This document shows, piece after piece, positions 18,264 to 29,400 of a stretch of DNA of 64,000 nucleotides; positions within the stretch are counted from its first letter, which is position 1; the number at the start of each line of letters is the position of its first letter. The stretch lies in IMG/VR virus record IMGVR_UViG_3300045974_000041, positions 971 to 64,970 of that record, one strand, 5' to 3'. Source of the DNA: a virus (Duplodnaviria > Caudoviricetes). A program made the position numbers and the translations under genes. The notes below the pieces were generated by a model, which did no database searches, had not been told where the DNA came from, and saw only the letters and a program-made list of their open reading frames with translations.

Positions 18264-19888
18264 TGGCAGATAATTCACTACAACAAGGTACAGATAATAT
18301 TGCAACAGACGATGTAGCCACCCTGAATGGTAGTGGCTCCGCTGGTGTGAAAGTCCCTCGTACAAAAGTTATGTATGGTGATGATGGTGATGCTAGAGAT
18401 GTATCAACCACATTCCCACTACCTGTTATTGATACAGCCCTACAAGCTGCATTTAAACAAAAGAATACAACTGCCAATATTACAGATTTTGGTCAAGTTA
18501 TATTAGCACAAAGACGTGATAGTGATACAGCTGAAACAACTGCTGATGGTCAATATACTGGCCTTAAAATGGACCAAGCAGGCAGACTTAAAGTTGCTAT
18601 CCAAGCTGGTGATATTGTGGCAACCGCTGGTAACATTACAGCTGTATCTAACACTGTATTTGTTAATACTAATCGTCTAGGCGCTTTGTCGATTACACTG
18701 ATTGGTACATCCATAGTAGGCCACAACAGTATTTTTGAAGTTAGTAATGACAGCACAAATGGTACAGATGGTAATTGGAAAACAGTACAAGTTGTTAGAA
18801 CAGATAGCAATGTAATTGAAACAACCACTGGTATATTGGCTGCCACACCTAGTTATGGTTGGGAATTAAATGTAGCCAATTATACTTTCTTTAGAGTGAG
18901 AGCTACAGCCCATACAAGTGGTACAGCATCTTATGTATTAAAGCCTAGTGCTGTTGCAACTGAGCCAGTACCTAGTAGCCAGAATCCAACGCTAGTAGCC
19001 TCTAACTATAGTGTGGCTGGTGTTATTGCGATTAACACAACACTGTTAACAATTGATTGCGCCAACTACAAATCATTATCAATCCAGTGTACCAGTATGG
19101 GTACTACAGGTGTTGTAACTCCACAATGGAGTAATGACGGGGCTACTTGGATTACTGCAACATTGTTGTCAGAATCTGGTGCAAGCTCTACTACCTTTAA
19201 TGCGGCTGTTTTAAGAGCTACTAATGTTATTGCAAGATACTTTAGATTGCAACTCACTACAGCAACTACAGCAGGTACTACAACAATCGTTGTACAGGCA
19301 TCTCAGGCTGCTTTGCCACCTATTGTAACTACACAGCCTGTCAATGGCACTGTAGGGGTAACAGGATACCCCGCAGCCGCTGCAAGTGCTGATGCACTTG
19401 CTAACCCCACTATCACCCAAATCGGCGCTGATAGCATGATCTACAACGGGGCTACTTGGGATAGGGCTAGAAACAATGCCAACATCACAGGTGGTGATAC
19501 TGGTGCTAAAATAGTCACATTCAATGGTGCAACACAAACCAACTTCAATGCCGCTGGTGCTTATATCACAGCAGCAATTGGTGCTGTATCTGGTACTACG
19601 CCTACAATGACGATGCAACTACAATGGTCATATGATGGTGGTACAAACTGGATTAACTTAGGTGCTGCTTCTACTGCTGTTACAACAGGTACACAAAATG
19701 TAACATTTATTGTTTACCCTAACAATACTTCTACAGCTGGTGCAACTCCTGCCAATCTTACTACAGGTGCTGCACAAACAATTGCAATCAATGCCCCGTT
19801 GCCGCGCACTTGGAGAATTGTTTATACAATTGGTGGTACTACTCCTAGCTTCACATTAACTAATATGTATGTGAACTATATCAACTAA
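18263..19888 (+). CDS. putative head/neck fibre with repeated beta domains
   Basis: 541 aa, Thr/Ala-rich; three S.DG..W...(F/W)R units. Confidence 0.55.
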   Translation: MADNSLQQGTDNIATDDVATLNGSGSAGVKVPRTKVMYGDDGDARDVSTTFPLPVIDTALQAAFKQKNTTANITDFGQVILAQRRDSDTAETTADGQYTGLKMDQAGRLKVAIQAGDIVATAGNITAVSNTVFVNTNRLGALSITLIGTSIVGHNSIFEVSNDSTNGTDGNWKTVQVVRTDSNVIETTTGILAATPSYGWELNVANYTFFRVRATAHTSGTASYVLKPSAVATEPVPSSQNPTLVASNYSVAGVIAINTTLLTIDCANYKSLSIQCTSMGTTGVVTPQWSNDGATWITATLLSESGASSTTFNAAVLRATNVIARYFRLQLTTATTAGTTTIVVQASQAALPPIVTTQPVNGTVGVTGYPAAAASADALANPTITQIGADSMIYNGATWDRARNNANITGGDTGAKIVTFNGATQTNFNAAGAYITAAIGAVSGTTPTMTMQLQWSYDGGTNWINLGAASTAVTTGTQNVTFIVYPNNTSTAGATPANLTTGAAQTIAINAPLPRTWRIVYTIGGTTPSFTLTNMYVNYIN

Positions 19889-19903
19889 TAAGGGGAGAAG
19901 ATT

Positions 19904-20515
19904 ATGTCACTTCTCTTATTACTTTCTAGGGCTAGTGCAGGGGGTGGTGTCAATGTCTCTGCCGATATTACAGAGAGTGGTGACACACTTACATCAGATG
20001 TAACACACCCTGTCGTAACCACTGCGAATATTACAGAGAGTGGCGACAGTGTTTCTTCTAGTGTTTTACTACCTGTTGTAGTTAATGCCAATATTACTCA
20101 GGCCAATGACGGTGCTATCAGTACAGCCAGTATAGTTGTAGCAGCAAATACCATCCTGTCAGAAGCTGGCGATGTGATGTCAAGCACTATAACTGTGGTT
20201 AGCAACACTATAAATGTTTCTGCCAATATTACAGAGGCTAGTGATGATGTTATAGCTAATGCTACCATAAAGGTTGCTACTAATGCTGCTATTTACGAAG
20301 TGGGTGATGTCTTGTCCTCCTTTGTTCATGTGGATGTTGGGTTATATCAGCCTGATAAAGATTATATAATAAAGATTGGCAAAGATAATAGGGTTGGCGT
20401 AATTAACACAGAAAATAGAAAAGTAGCTGTGCTGAAGGAAACTAGGACAGGTGTAATTTACTTAGAGGATAGGAGCATAGTTTTGTCAAATACAGGAAGA
20501 GTGGGTGGAGTATGA
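19904..20515 (+). CDS. repeat-containing structural protein
   Basis: six ~22-aa A.ITE.GD..SS repeats. Confidence 0.6.
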   Translation: MSLLLLLSRASAGGGVNVSADITESGDTLTSDVTHPVVTTANITESGDSVSSSVLLPVVVNANITQANDGAISTASIVVAANTILSEAGDVMSSTITVVSNTINVSANITEASDDVIANATIKVATNAAIYEVGDVLSSFVHVDVGLYQPDKDYIIKIGKDNRVGVINTENRKVAVLKETRTGVIYLEDRSIVLSNTGRVGGV

Positions 20516-20808
20516 TTAAAACAAGTGAAGGTGGGTATGAAACTTTACACTCCCCTCTTGCCAGTTTGAATTACAGCTTTGATTGGAATGCTTGGCTAGA
20601 TAGTGGTGAGACAGTTGTAGTTAGTAATTGGGCTAGTGATAGCATAGATATTGTCCTAACACTACAGCAAAACTCAGCAGGAGTTTGTAGTGTGTATGCT
20701 ACAGGTGGTGTAGATGGTAAGGTGTATAAAATCACTAATTACATAACAACATCTGTCAATGCTAAAAAAGATAGCAGAACAATTACACTCGTCTGCAAAC
20801 AACGCTAA
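20512..20808 (+). CDS. putative fibre adaptor protein
   Basis: YSFDW..WL..GET...GG..G..Y.ITN motif. Confidence 0.6.
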   Translation: MIKTSEGGYETLHSPLASLNYSFDWNAWLDSGETVVVSNWASDSIDIVLTLQQNSAGVCSVYATGGVDGKVYKITNYITTSVNAKKDSRTITLVCKQR

Positions 20809-20811
20809 ATG

Positions 20812-20839
20812 TTGACAAATAAGGTTTGTACCCTATAAT
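20812..20839 (+). promoter_or_regulatory. promoter of the neck/tail genes
   Basis: TTGACA-16-TATAAT. Confidence 0.8.
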
Positions 20840-20859
20840 CGCTTTTATAGAGGAAACGC

Positions 20860-21276
20860 ATGGCAGATGAAATTAAAAAAGCTCTCCTAGCTTCCATAGA
20901 AAAATCCAAGGAAGATGTTAAAAAACAAGTTGAGACAATAGCTCAAAACTTCTTTGAAGATGTGATACAAGGTAGTCCTGTACAAAAGGGTGACTTAGTA
21001 GCTAACTGGAATGCTGCTACAAATGCTTTTGATGTATCTATAAATCAGATTACAACAAATCAATTTGCAAAAGTAAATGAGGCTGGTGCAAAGGGTGCTG
21101 CTATTGCCAAAATGAAGGCCAGTATTAGCTGGAAAGATATTAAAGGCGACGGAGACTATTTTAGTTTAACCAATGCCACCCCCTATGCTTACAGGGCTGA
21201 AATGTTAGGATGGGCTGGAACACCTGCTTATGGCATGGTTAGTAAAGCCCTAGTCAGACTAGGAAGCCAAAAATGA
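20860..21276 (+). CDS. neck protein (HK97 gp10-like)
   Basis: SPV.KG...ANW, N..PYA...E.G...P.GMV. Confidence 0.75.
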   Translation: MADEIKKALLASIEKSKEDVKKQVETIAQNFFEDVIQGSPVQKGDLVANWNAATNAFDVSINQITTNQFAKVNEAGAKGAAIAKMKASISWKDIKGDGDYFSLTNATPYAYRAEMLGWAGTPAYGMVSKALVRLGSQK

Positions 21277-21659
21277 GCGTAAGATCAGAATTTGAATCAA
21301 GACTAAATACATGGGCATTGGCAAATAATATTCCTGTAGCTTTCGAGGGTGTACCATTTACCAAGCCAACTAATACGCCATATGCTCAATCATTTCTAGT
21401 TGTAGCTTTGGTAGAAAATCCTAATGTAACAGCAATTCGTACTAGGGCTAAAGGATATTTCCAAGTTAATATTTGGGGATTGGATGGGCTTGGTGCATTA
21501 GAAACTGAAACACTTGCTAATTCTTTAGCAGCAGCTTTCCCTGTAGTACCCAAGATTGGTACTGTCAGTGTTGAAAGGCCACCTTACATTGCGCCAGCAT
21601 TAGTTGTTGATGCTTGGCGATGCGTACCTGTACAAATATATTACAGGGTAGAAAACTAA
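21273..21659 (+). CDS. tail terminator protein
   Basis: VAFEGVPF..P, G.FQVNI...G.G, PVQI.YR. Confidence 0.75.
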   Translation: MSVRSEFESRLNTWALANNIPVAFEGVPFTKPTNTPYAQSFLVVALVENPNVTAIRTRAKGYFQVNIWGLDGLGALETETLANSLAAAFPVVPKIGTVSVERPPYIAPALVVDAWRCVPVQIYYRVEN

Positions 21660-21677
21660 TAATAAAGGAATAATAAT

Positions 21678-22034
21678 ATGGCGGTTATTGCCCAAACAAC
21701 GGTATCAGGTGCTAGCGCTCCTGTAGTTATGACTGTAACTACAATGACAGCATCTGACACTCTTACTTATGTTGCTAACACTAATCAACTACTGGAACTA
21801 GATAATGGTACAGCTGGCGCCCTGCCTGTCGTAATCGTTGGTACAGCTCCCTCTGCTGCTTATCCAGTACCTAACACATCTACCACTGTCTCCCTGACAG
21901 CTGGTTTGACAATCTCTGTAGCCGCTGGTCAGGTCAAGATTGTAAACTTGGACAAGATTAGTGCATACCTTACTGGTACGGGCGTTTGTACCCTTACTGG
22001 TGGTACTGGTATTAAAGCACGTCTGTTCAACTAA
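21678..22034 (+). CDS. structural protein, possibly tail-associated decoration
   Basis: same AATAAAGGAATAATAATATG leader as the tail tube gene. Confidence 0.55.
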   Translation: MAVIAQTTVSGASAPVVMTVTTMTASDTLTYVANTNQLLELDNGTAGALPVVIVGTAPSAAYPVPNTSTTVSLTAGLTISVAAGQVKIVNLDKISAYLTGTGVCTLTGGTGIKARLFN

Positions 22035-22058
22035 TTAAAAGAATAAAGGAATAATAAT

Positions 22059-22502
22059 ATGGCTATTCAATCAGCAGCAGGCGTAACCTTTGCCATTGCT
22101 ACAGTTGCAGGCACCCCTGCTACCTACGATGCTTCAGGTTTCGGTGCTAAAACCTACCAAATCTGCGGTGAAGTTACACAGATCGGTGACTTTGGTAAGA
22201 ACTACAATAAAATCGAACACAAACCAATTGGTACACGTTATACAAAGAAGCTGAAAGGCTCCTACGATAATGGTAGTTTGTCGCTTGACTTGGCATTCGA
22301 CAGTGCAGATGCTGGTCAAACTCTTCTGAAAACAGCAGCTGGTGTTGATACATCGTATTGCTTTAAGATTGTTCTGCAATCTGGTGCTATTCGTTACTTC
22401 ACCGCTCAAACCATGTCAGCCGTTCTGAAAATCGGTAGTGTTGACAATATCCTTGGTATGACAGTATCGCTTGAACTCGACAGCGACATTGTAGAAGCGT
22501 AA
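22059..22502 (+). CDS. major tail tube protein
   Basis: IGDFG, K.KGSYD.G, D..DAGQ motifs. Confidence 0.85.
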   Translation: MAIQSAAGVTFAIATVAGTPATYDASGFGAKTYQICGEVTQIGDFGKNYNKIEHKPIGTRYTKKLKGSYDNGSLSLDLAFDSADAGQTLLKTAAGVDTSYCFKIVLQSGAIRYFTAQTMSAVLKIGSVDNILGMTVSLELDSDIVEA

Positions 22503-22616
22503 CACATTTGGGAGGGCTTTTCAAGCTCTCTCATTTTCTAAGACTATTTTAACAAGTGGTCTTAGAAAATACAACGGCATTTGCCAAATAACAAAACGAG
22601 AAAAGGAACTCTATCA

Positions 22617-23033
22617 ATGTCCAAATCATTTAACATCGCTAGCCTGAAAACTGATGACAGCGCTGTACTTCATTTACGTAGCCCTGCAACCGACGAACTT
22701 CTTTACGCAGATGATGAAAAGAAATTGCCAGTAACTATCACCCTGTTTGGTAGCAGCTCTTCGCAATATCGTAATGCTATCAACGCTATGCAAAATCGTG
22801 CTTTGAAGCGTGGTAAGAAACAAGCCTCTGCTGAAATTATGCGTGAAGAATCCACTGAACTTTTGGTGGCATGTTTCAAAGAGGCTAGCAATTTTGACTA
22901 CGATGGTCAAGCTATTAATGAAGCTGGCTTCCGAGCTGTCCTAGAGGATAGTGGCCTAAGTTTCGTACGAGATCAAGTGGATAGTTTCATTGGGGAACAG
23001 TCAAATTTCTTGAAAGCTGCCGCGAACAGCTAA
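22617..23033 (+). CDS. tail assembly chaperone (G-like)
   Basis: between tube and TMP; ends QVD.F....SNF. Confidence 0.8.
   Translation: MSKSFNIASLKTDDSAVLHLRSPATDELLYADDEKKLPVTITLFGSSSSQYRNAINAMQNRALKRGKKQASAEIMREESTELLVACFKEASNFDYDGQAINEAGFRAVLEDSGLSFVRDQVDSFIGEQSNFLKAAANS
23003..23009 (+). other. -1 programmed frameshift site A AAT TTC
   Basis: X XXY YYZ heptamer in frame; the -1 frame is open into 23051-23467. Confidence 0.75.
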
Positions 23034-23050
23034 TCTTATATGTTAGGCAG

Positions 23051-23467
23051 ATGGCTTGGTTGTCTGCCTGTCCTGAAGATGGCAAAGGTAAATCTAGTAA
23101 AGAAACAAACTATACAAAAATTAAGAATTCAGGCAAAGAACCTGAAATGCCACCCTTAGACGGTGGAGAATACATTATTGAGCTATTCAATGAAGTTGGT
23201 CATTGCGAATCAACGGGCTTTGGGGCAGGGGCAGTGAGTTGGACTAACCTAAAAAGTTGGTACGATTTATCTGGCCTTGCCCTTTCTTCTTGGGAGCTAT
23301 TATTGATTCGGGAGCTGTCTCAGGCTTTCGCAAACGAATATAATAAAAAAGATAATGCACAACCACCTTATAAAGCTACTGTATCTAAGTATCAAATGAC
23401 AGGTGAAAAACGTAAGAAGGTTGAGGATGATTTATTAGCCGCCTTCGAGGTATTTAAAGCAAAATAA
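23051..23467 (+). CDS. tail assembly chaperone (T-like; C-terminal part of the frameshift product)
   Basis: no clear RBS; frame open upstream to the slippery site (LILYVRQMAWL). Confidence 0.75.
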   Translation: MAWLSACPEDGKGKSSKETNYTKIKNSGKEPEMPPLDGGEYIIELFNEVGHCESTGFGAGAVSWTNLKSWYDLSGLALSSWELLLIRELSQAFANEYNKKDNAQPPYKATVSKYQMTGEKRKKVEDDLLAAFEVFKAK

Positions 23468-23487
23468 TAATTGAGGGCGTAATAAAC

Positions 23488-26400
23488 ATGGCAGATAATG
23501 TTACAACGATTAAAGCTCAGGTAGTAGTTGAGGGCATGGGGTCTTACGATGACTTAGTTAAAAAGTCGTCTAATGCCACTACGTCTGTTGAAAAGCTTAT
23601 TGCTAAATTTCAACAACAAGCTGACCTTTTTAATAAGTCTACAGAAGAGATTAACAAGTATAAAGCCATTGTTGCCAAAGCTTCTTCAGATGAGGTTGCA
23701 ATGGCTGCTGCTATTGGTAGAACACTGGATGCTAAAAGGGCAGCTGTAGTTACAGAGAAGGAATTAGTAAAAGCTTACGACCAAGCTATAGCAATGGATG
23801 CAAAGCGTACATCTGCTATGGACGCACAGATTCAAAGAATGGGTAGATTGCAATCCCAAGCTGAAGCTATGAATAAAAAGTTTGATGAACAGAAGAACAG
23901 TGTAAATAATGCTAGTGGGGCTGGTAAACTCTTGGCAGGCGTCTATGAACGTATGTTGGCAGCAGCTGTTGCTTATATGGGTGTTGCTCTTGTAAAAGAA
24001 ACTGTAGCATTGTCTGATGCTTGGCAGAATATGCAAGCTCGTCTTACTATTGCTACAGGTAGCATGGAGAAAGCTAAAGCTGCCCAACAAGACCTTTATG
24101 ATTTGTCACAAAAACTGGCAATCCCTTTAGCAGAGACTGTGCAGTTATATACTCGCATGGCTCCTGCTATGGAGAAGATGGGTAGAAGCACTGCTGATAC
24201 TTTAAAAGTGACAGAAGCTATGGGCTTGGCACTGAAACTTTCTGGTGCTACATCTCAAGAAGCTTCTAGTGCTATGCTACAATTCTCACAATCCATGAAT
24301 AGTGGTGTGTTGAACGGTCAGGAGTTTAATGCTGTATCTGAGGCTGCACCACTAATTCTTGTAGCTCTTGAAAAGCAGCTTGGCAAAACTCGTGGCGAGC
24401 TTAAAAAGATGGGTGCCGATGGTAAGCTAACAATGGACTTGGTAACAAATGCACTGCTCGTGCAAGTGCCAGTTTGGGAAGAGTCTTTTAAGACTATGCC
24501 TGTTACAGCTGAAAATGCTTTCCAAAGATTGAAGAATTCTTATGCTAAGAATGTTGGTGAGAGTGACTTTGTTAGAGAGGCTACCGTAGCCTTGGCAAAA
24601 GTTTTCCTAATGCTAGCAGATAACTTGAATGTAGTAGGCGCAGCATTAACAGCTGGTGTAGTTGTTTTAGGTGCCTATGCAGTAGCTACGGGCGCGCTTA
24701 CTACAGCCTTTGCAGCAGCTTATGGGGCTATGGGTACGCTAGTTACCAGTGTTCTTGCATTGAATCCTCCCATGTTAGCCCTTGTCGCAGTTGCTACAGC
24801 TTTGGGTGCTGCATTTGTATATCTGGCAGTAAAAGAAACAGAATTGGAGAAGGCCGGTAAAAAGCTAGCAGATAACTATGTCGAACAAGCTGAAAAATTA
24901 GCTACACTGAATAAGTTAAAACAGCAGTATGGCGAATTAGCTGACGGTGCAAAAAGATCAGCAGCTGAAGAGATTGAAAAAAATAAAGTTGCCATTCAAG
25001 ATATTAAAGAGCGTATTGGTTTGGAGATTATCAAACAACGGTTAATGCTTAACACTAATGAAGAAATTTATAAAAGTGATAGGATTAAAGAATACAAAGC
25101 TGCTTTGGATATAGCTGCCAAAGCTCTCCAAGTGAATGAAGCTAATTTATATGGTGTAGAACATGCTTCAGCAGCTGCCAATGCAGAAATGAAAAGGTTT
25201 GCTGAACATGGTACTAAAGCAGCAGAGGTTCAAAAGTATTTAGACAAAGCTCCATCTAATATAAGACTAAAAGCAATAAAAGAGGAAAATGAGGCTTATG
25301 CACAAAGCCTGAAAGACGCTGGAGATAATTTGGAGCTACAGAAGAAGGCTCTTGCTGTGCATAAAGAGATGCTTGCCCATATAAATAAAGGTGAAATCGC
25401 TAAAGCCACTGCTGAAGAGACAGCTTATGCAGAATCTTTAAAAACACATGGAAAAGCAGTTGCTGACTTAATAGCCCATAATATTACTCTTAAAGAGCAG
25501 ATAGCTGTACTAAACTCTGGCGGTAATGTTAAAACTATCACATCTGAAACAGAGGCATATAACAAACTAAACCTAGAACTTGATTCTTATAATAAATCCC
25601 TTGCCATATTAAATAGACAAGGCGTTTCTGAAAAAGCTAAGAAAGTTATTAAAGGTCAAATTTCACTGGTTCAAGAGAAGTTGGTGCCCGCTAAAGAAGG
25701 TAGTGATTTATCTATAGAGAAAGCTAACACAGAGGCTAATAGAAGAGCTAATGATAAATTGGCAGCCTCTATTACAGAGGCCACTTTTGCTAGATATAAG
25801 GCTGTAGCTGCTGTTCAGGCAGAAGTTGAAATGTATGGTAAAGGTAGTGATGCTGTAAGAGCTAATACAATCCAATTAGAGGAAGCCTCGCTAGCAGAAG
25901 CTAAGAAGCTTGGTTTGGATGAAAATGCTATCAAGAAAATGGAAGAGCGTATTGACACACTGAAAGCTCTCCTACCTTGGCAACAAAAATTGGATGATTT
26001 GAAATATAATGAGTCTGTACACCAACAAGCCATGAATGCTTGGAAAGAACTAGGAGATACAATTGGTAGCAGTTTGTCCCAAGGTTTTGGTACAGCTGGT
26101 AAAGCTTTAGGTGATTTCGTATCGTCTTATGGTAGTATGCTTACTGAACAAGCTCAATTGAAAGATAAGTTTGATAAGGAAGTGGCAGCACATCCTAAAG
26201 ATCAAGCTAGACTTGAGAAAGAGTATCAAGATAAGTCTACACAAGGCCAATTGAAATCTTATGCTTCTATGGCTAAGTCTGCTCAAGGGTTCTTTAAAGA
26301 AGGCAGCACTGGTTGGAAAGTGATGGGTGCTGTTGAAAAAGGTATCCGTATTGCTAATATGGCTATGGCTGTTCAAGAAGCTGTTGTTAAGATGTCTTCT

Positions 26401-29400
26401 CTGAAAGCTGTGGACGGTGCTAACGAGAGTAGTATGTTGATGCGTATGGCAATGAATGTTAAAGAGCAATTCAGTAATGCTGTAACAGGTGTTTCTAAGG
26501 CTTTGGCATCTGCCCCGCCACCTTTCAACCTATCAATTGCAGCAGTGACAGCCGCAGCCTTTGCAGCGCTTGGTATTGGTGTTATTGGAGCTTTTTCAGG
26601 TGGCAGTGGTAGTGGTCAAGATGAAACTCAAACAGCAGCCTATCGTCAAAAAAATCAAGGCACTGGTACAGTATTTGGTGATGCTTCTGCTAAATCAGAA
26701 TCCATTGCCAAAAGCTTAGAGATAATGGTGAAAGCCTCTGATAGTGGCTTGGCTTATGATGCAGGCATGTTGCAATCTTTGAGAGCAATTGAAGCTGGTA
26801 TTAACAATCTGGCAGCTGTTGGTGCTAGGCAAGGTGTCACAGGCAGCTTCGGTGCAAGTGCTGGCTACAAATACCTCACTGATAGTGGCTTGACAGGCAG
26901 TGCTACAAGTCTTGGCTCTATTATGGGCGGTGGTGGTATTAATGCACAACAGTATGCTACAGAAGAGTTGAAGAGTAAAAACTGGCTAGGACAAATGAAA
27001 ACAACTGGTTATGTAGACCATTTGACAGCTTTGTCTAGCGACATGCAAAGCCAATTCTCTAACATTGTTTTAGGTATGGCAGATAGCATTACAAAAGCTG
27101 GTATGAATTTTGGTGTGTCGGCAGATGTGATGAAAGAGAAACTTTCTAAATTCGTTGTAGATATTGGTCACATTAGTTTGATGGGCTTATCAGCAGATGA
27201 AATTCAAAAAGAATTGAACGCTGTGTTTGGTAAGATGGGCGATGAAATGGCAGCTTTCGTAGCAACAGGTGCTGATGGTAAAAACGCTCTAAGCGAATTC
27301 CAAAAGGTTGGTGAGGGTAGTTTTGAAACCCTTATCCGAATCTCGAATGAATTTACTACCACTAATGCAATTCTTGATGCAATGGGTACTACTTCTGAAA
27401 AAGCTTTCGGTGTTACAGGCATTGCAAGCTTAAAGGCTCGTGAACAGCTTATTGATTTTGCAGGCGGTTTGGACAATCTTGTTAAAGGTATTAGTAGCTA
27501 TAACAAGAATTTCTACACGGCAGCAGAACAAACTAAAATGGGTTTAGATGCTTTGCAAAAATCATTCACTGAGATGAATATGGGTACACTCCCAACAACT
27601 AGAGAAGCATATCGTAAAATGATAGAAAATTTAGTTAACGGTGGTGGGCTGGCAACAGAGGCTGGTAGAAAGCAATATGCACAACTCATCCTGCTAAGTG
27701 ATAAGTTTGCTGAGCTAGTTCCACAAACTGAAGCTGCTACAACTGCTATTAGTAATTACGTACAAGCTCAGAAGGATATGATTAAGCAATATTCAGCAGC
27801 TGAGACTGTTGATGAGGCTTATGCTAAACTGAAAGGCACGTTCTCAGGCTTGGTAGACCAGACAACATTGTTGTCAATGTCCTCTAAAGACTTGAAGGCT
27901 GCCTTGATTGGTATTATTGCTGGTGCAGACCCTACCACAGCTTCTGGTAAAGCCTTATTAGATAGTTTAAGTGCTTTGTCACCAGAGATTGATATTCTAC
28001 TAAAAGCTAGTGATGATTATGCAGCAGCCCTTGTAAAAGAAGCTGAAGCTAAGAAGAGCGCTACAGATAGTATGAATAGCTTTATCAATAAGTATTCTGC
28101 TAGTATGACAGGTAAGCAAGCTAGAGATAGTTTAGTTGCAAAAGGGGCTAATCCTGCTATAGTAGATGAAGTTATTGGCAGAGGTAGTAGCGGTATTAAG
28201 CAATATTTGGTAGATTGGGCTAAGACAGCTGACCCTGCAACTGAGGCTGGTAGAGCGTTAATCAAGGCATTGCAAGACTTAACACCTGAGTTTGATGCAA
28301 TTATCAAGGGTGCTGACGATGCTGCGGCTGCTATTAAAGCTTCGCAAGATGCTCAACAGTCTTTCCATGATAAGTATATGCCTGAAACTGCTGCTGAAGC
28401 TCGGGCTAAGATTATCGCATCTAGTAACAATCCTGACATTACTGCTATAGTTGATAAGGCTATTGCTGGTGGTAGTGGTGCTATTAAAGACATTATCACA
28501 CAACAAATGGCAGCTACTGATGCTACTACAGAGCAAGGTAGGGCATGGATTAAGGCAATGCAAGACCTGTCACCTGAGTTTGATATACTCATCGCATCTG
28601 CTGAAAAAGCTTCGGCAGCATTGGTAAGTAGTATTCAAAATCTTATGTCTGCTAAGAGTGCTATCACAGACCAGCGCAGCGCCATTACAGATGCCAAGTT
28701 TAGTGTCGGTGGTAAGTATGGTGTGGCAGGATATGGTAGTGGTGATTATGTTAGTATGCTTAGTGGCAGAACAGCGTCTGCTAGGGCTGCTTTCAAGGCT
28801 GCTAGTGTGTCTGATAAGGCTGGTGCAGCTGGTAAGCTTGTAGGTGCCTTGCAAGCCCAATTTGAGGCTCAAATGGCACATACACAAGAGCTTCGTAATC
28901 AACAGCAACAAGCTTTTGAAGCTAATAGAGCTAATGCACAAGCAGCAGCTGAAGCTCAGACAGCCTACTTGCAAAATGCTCAACAAGGTGCTGAAGCTCT
29001 CAACTCAATTTATATTGGATTGAAAGAAGCAGCTGAACAGCTCCTATTGTCAGATTTGTCTCCACGCACTATTAGCCAACGTGTTGATATTGCTAAAGAA
29101 ACATTTGACAGTTTGGCTAGAAGAGCAGGCGGCGGAGATCAGGATGCTTTGAGTAAGCTTGGTCAAGCTGGTAATGAATACTTGACAGAATTCCTTACTA
29201 AGTTCCCTAGAGCATCAGCGGAATACGGTAAAGAGTTTGATAGAGTACAAGGTTTGATGGAGCAGTTTGGTGGCAAGGCTCAAGACCCAGCAGCACTTAC
29301 AGCACAGTATTCCCAGCAAATTGCACAGGCTACATTTGATAGCGCTGGTTTTGATAAGCAATGGGCTGATATACAAGCTAAATGGGCTGAAGAGGATAAA

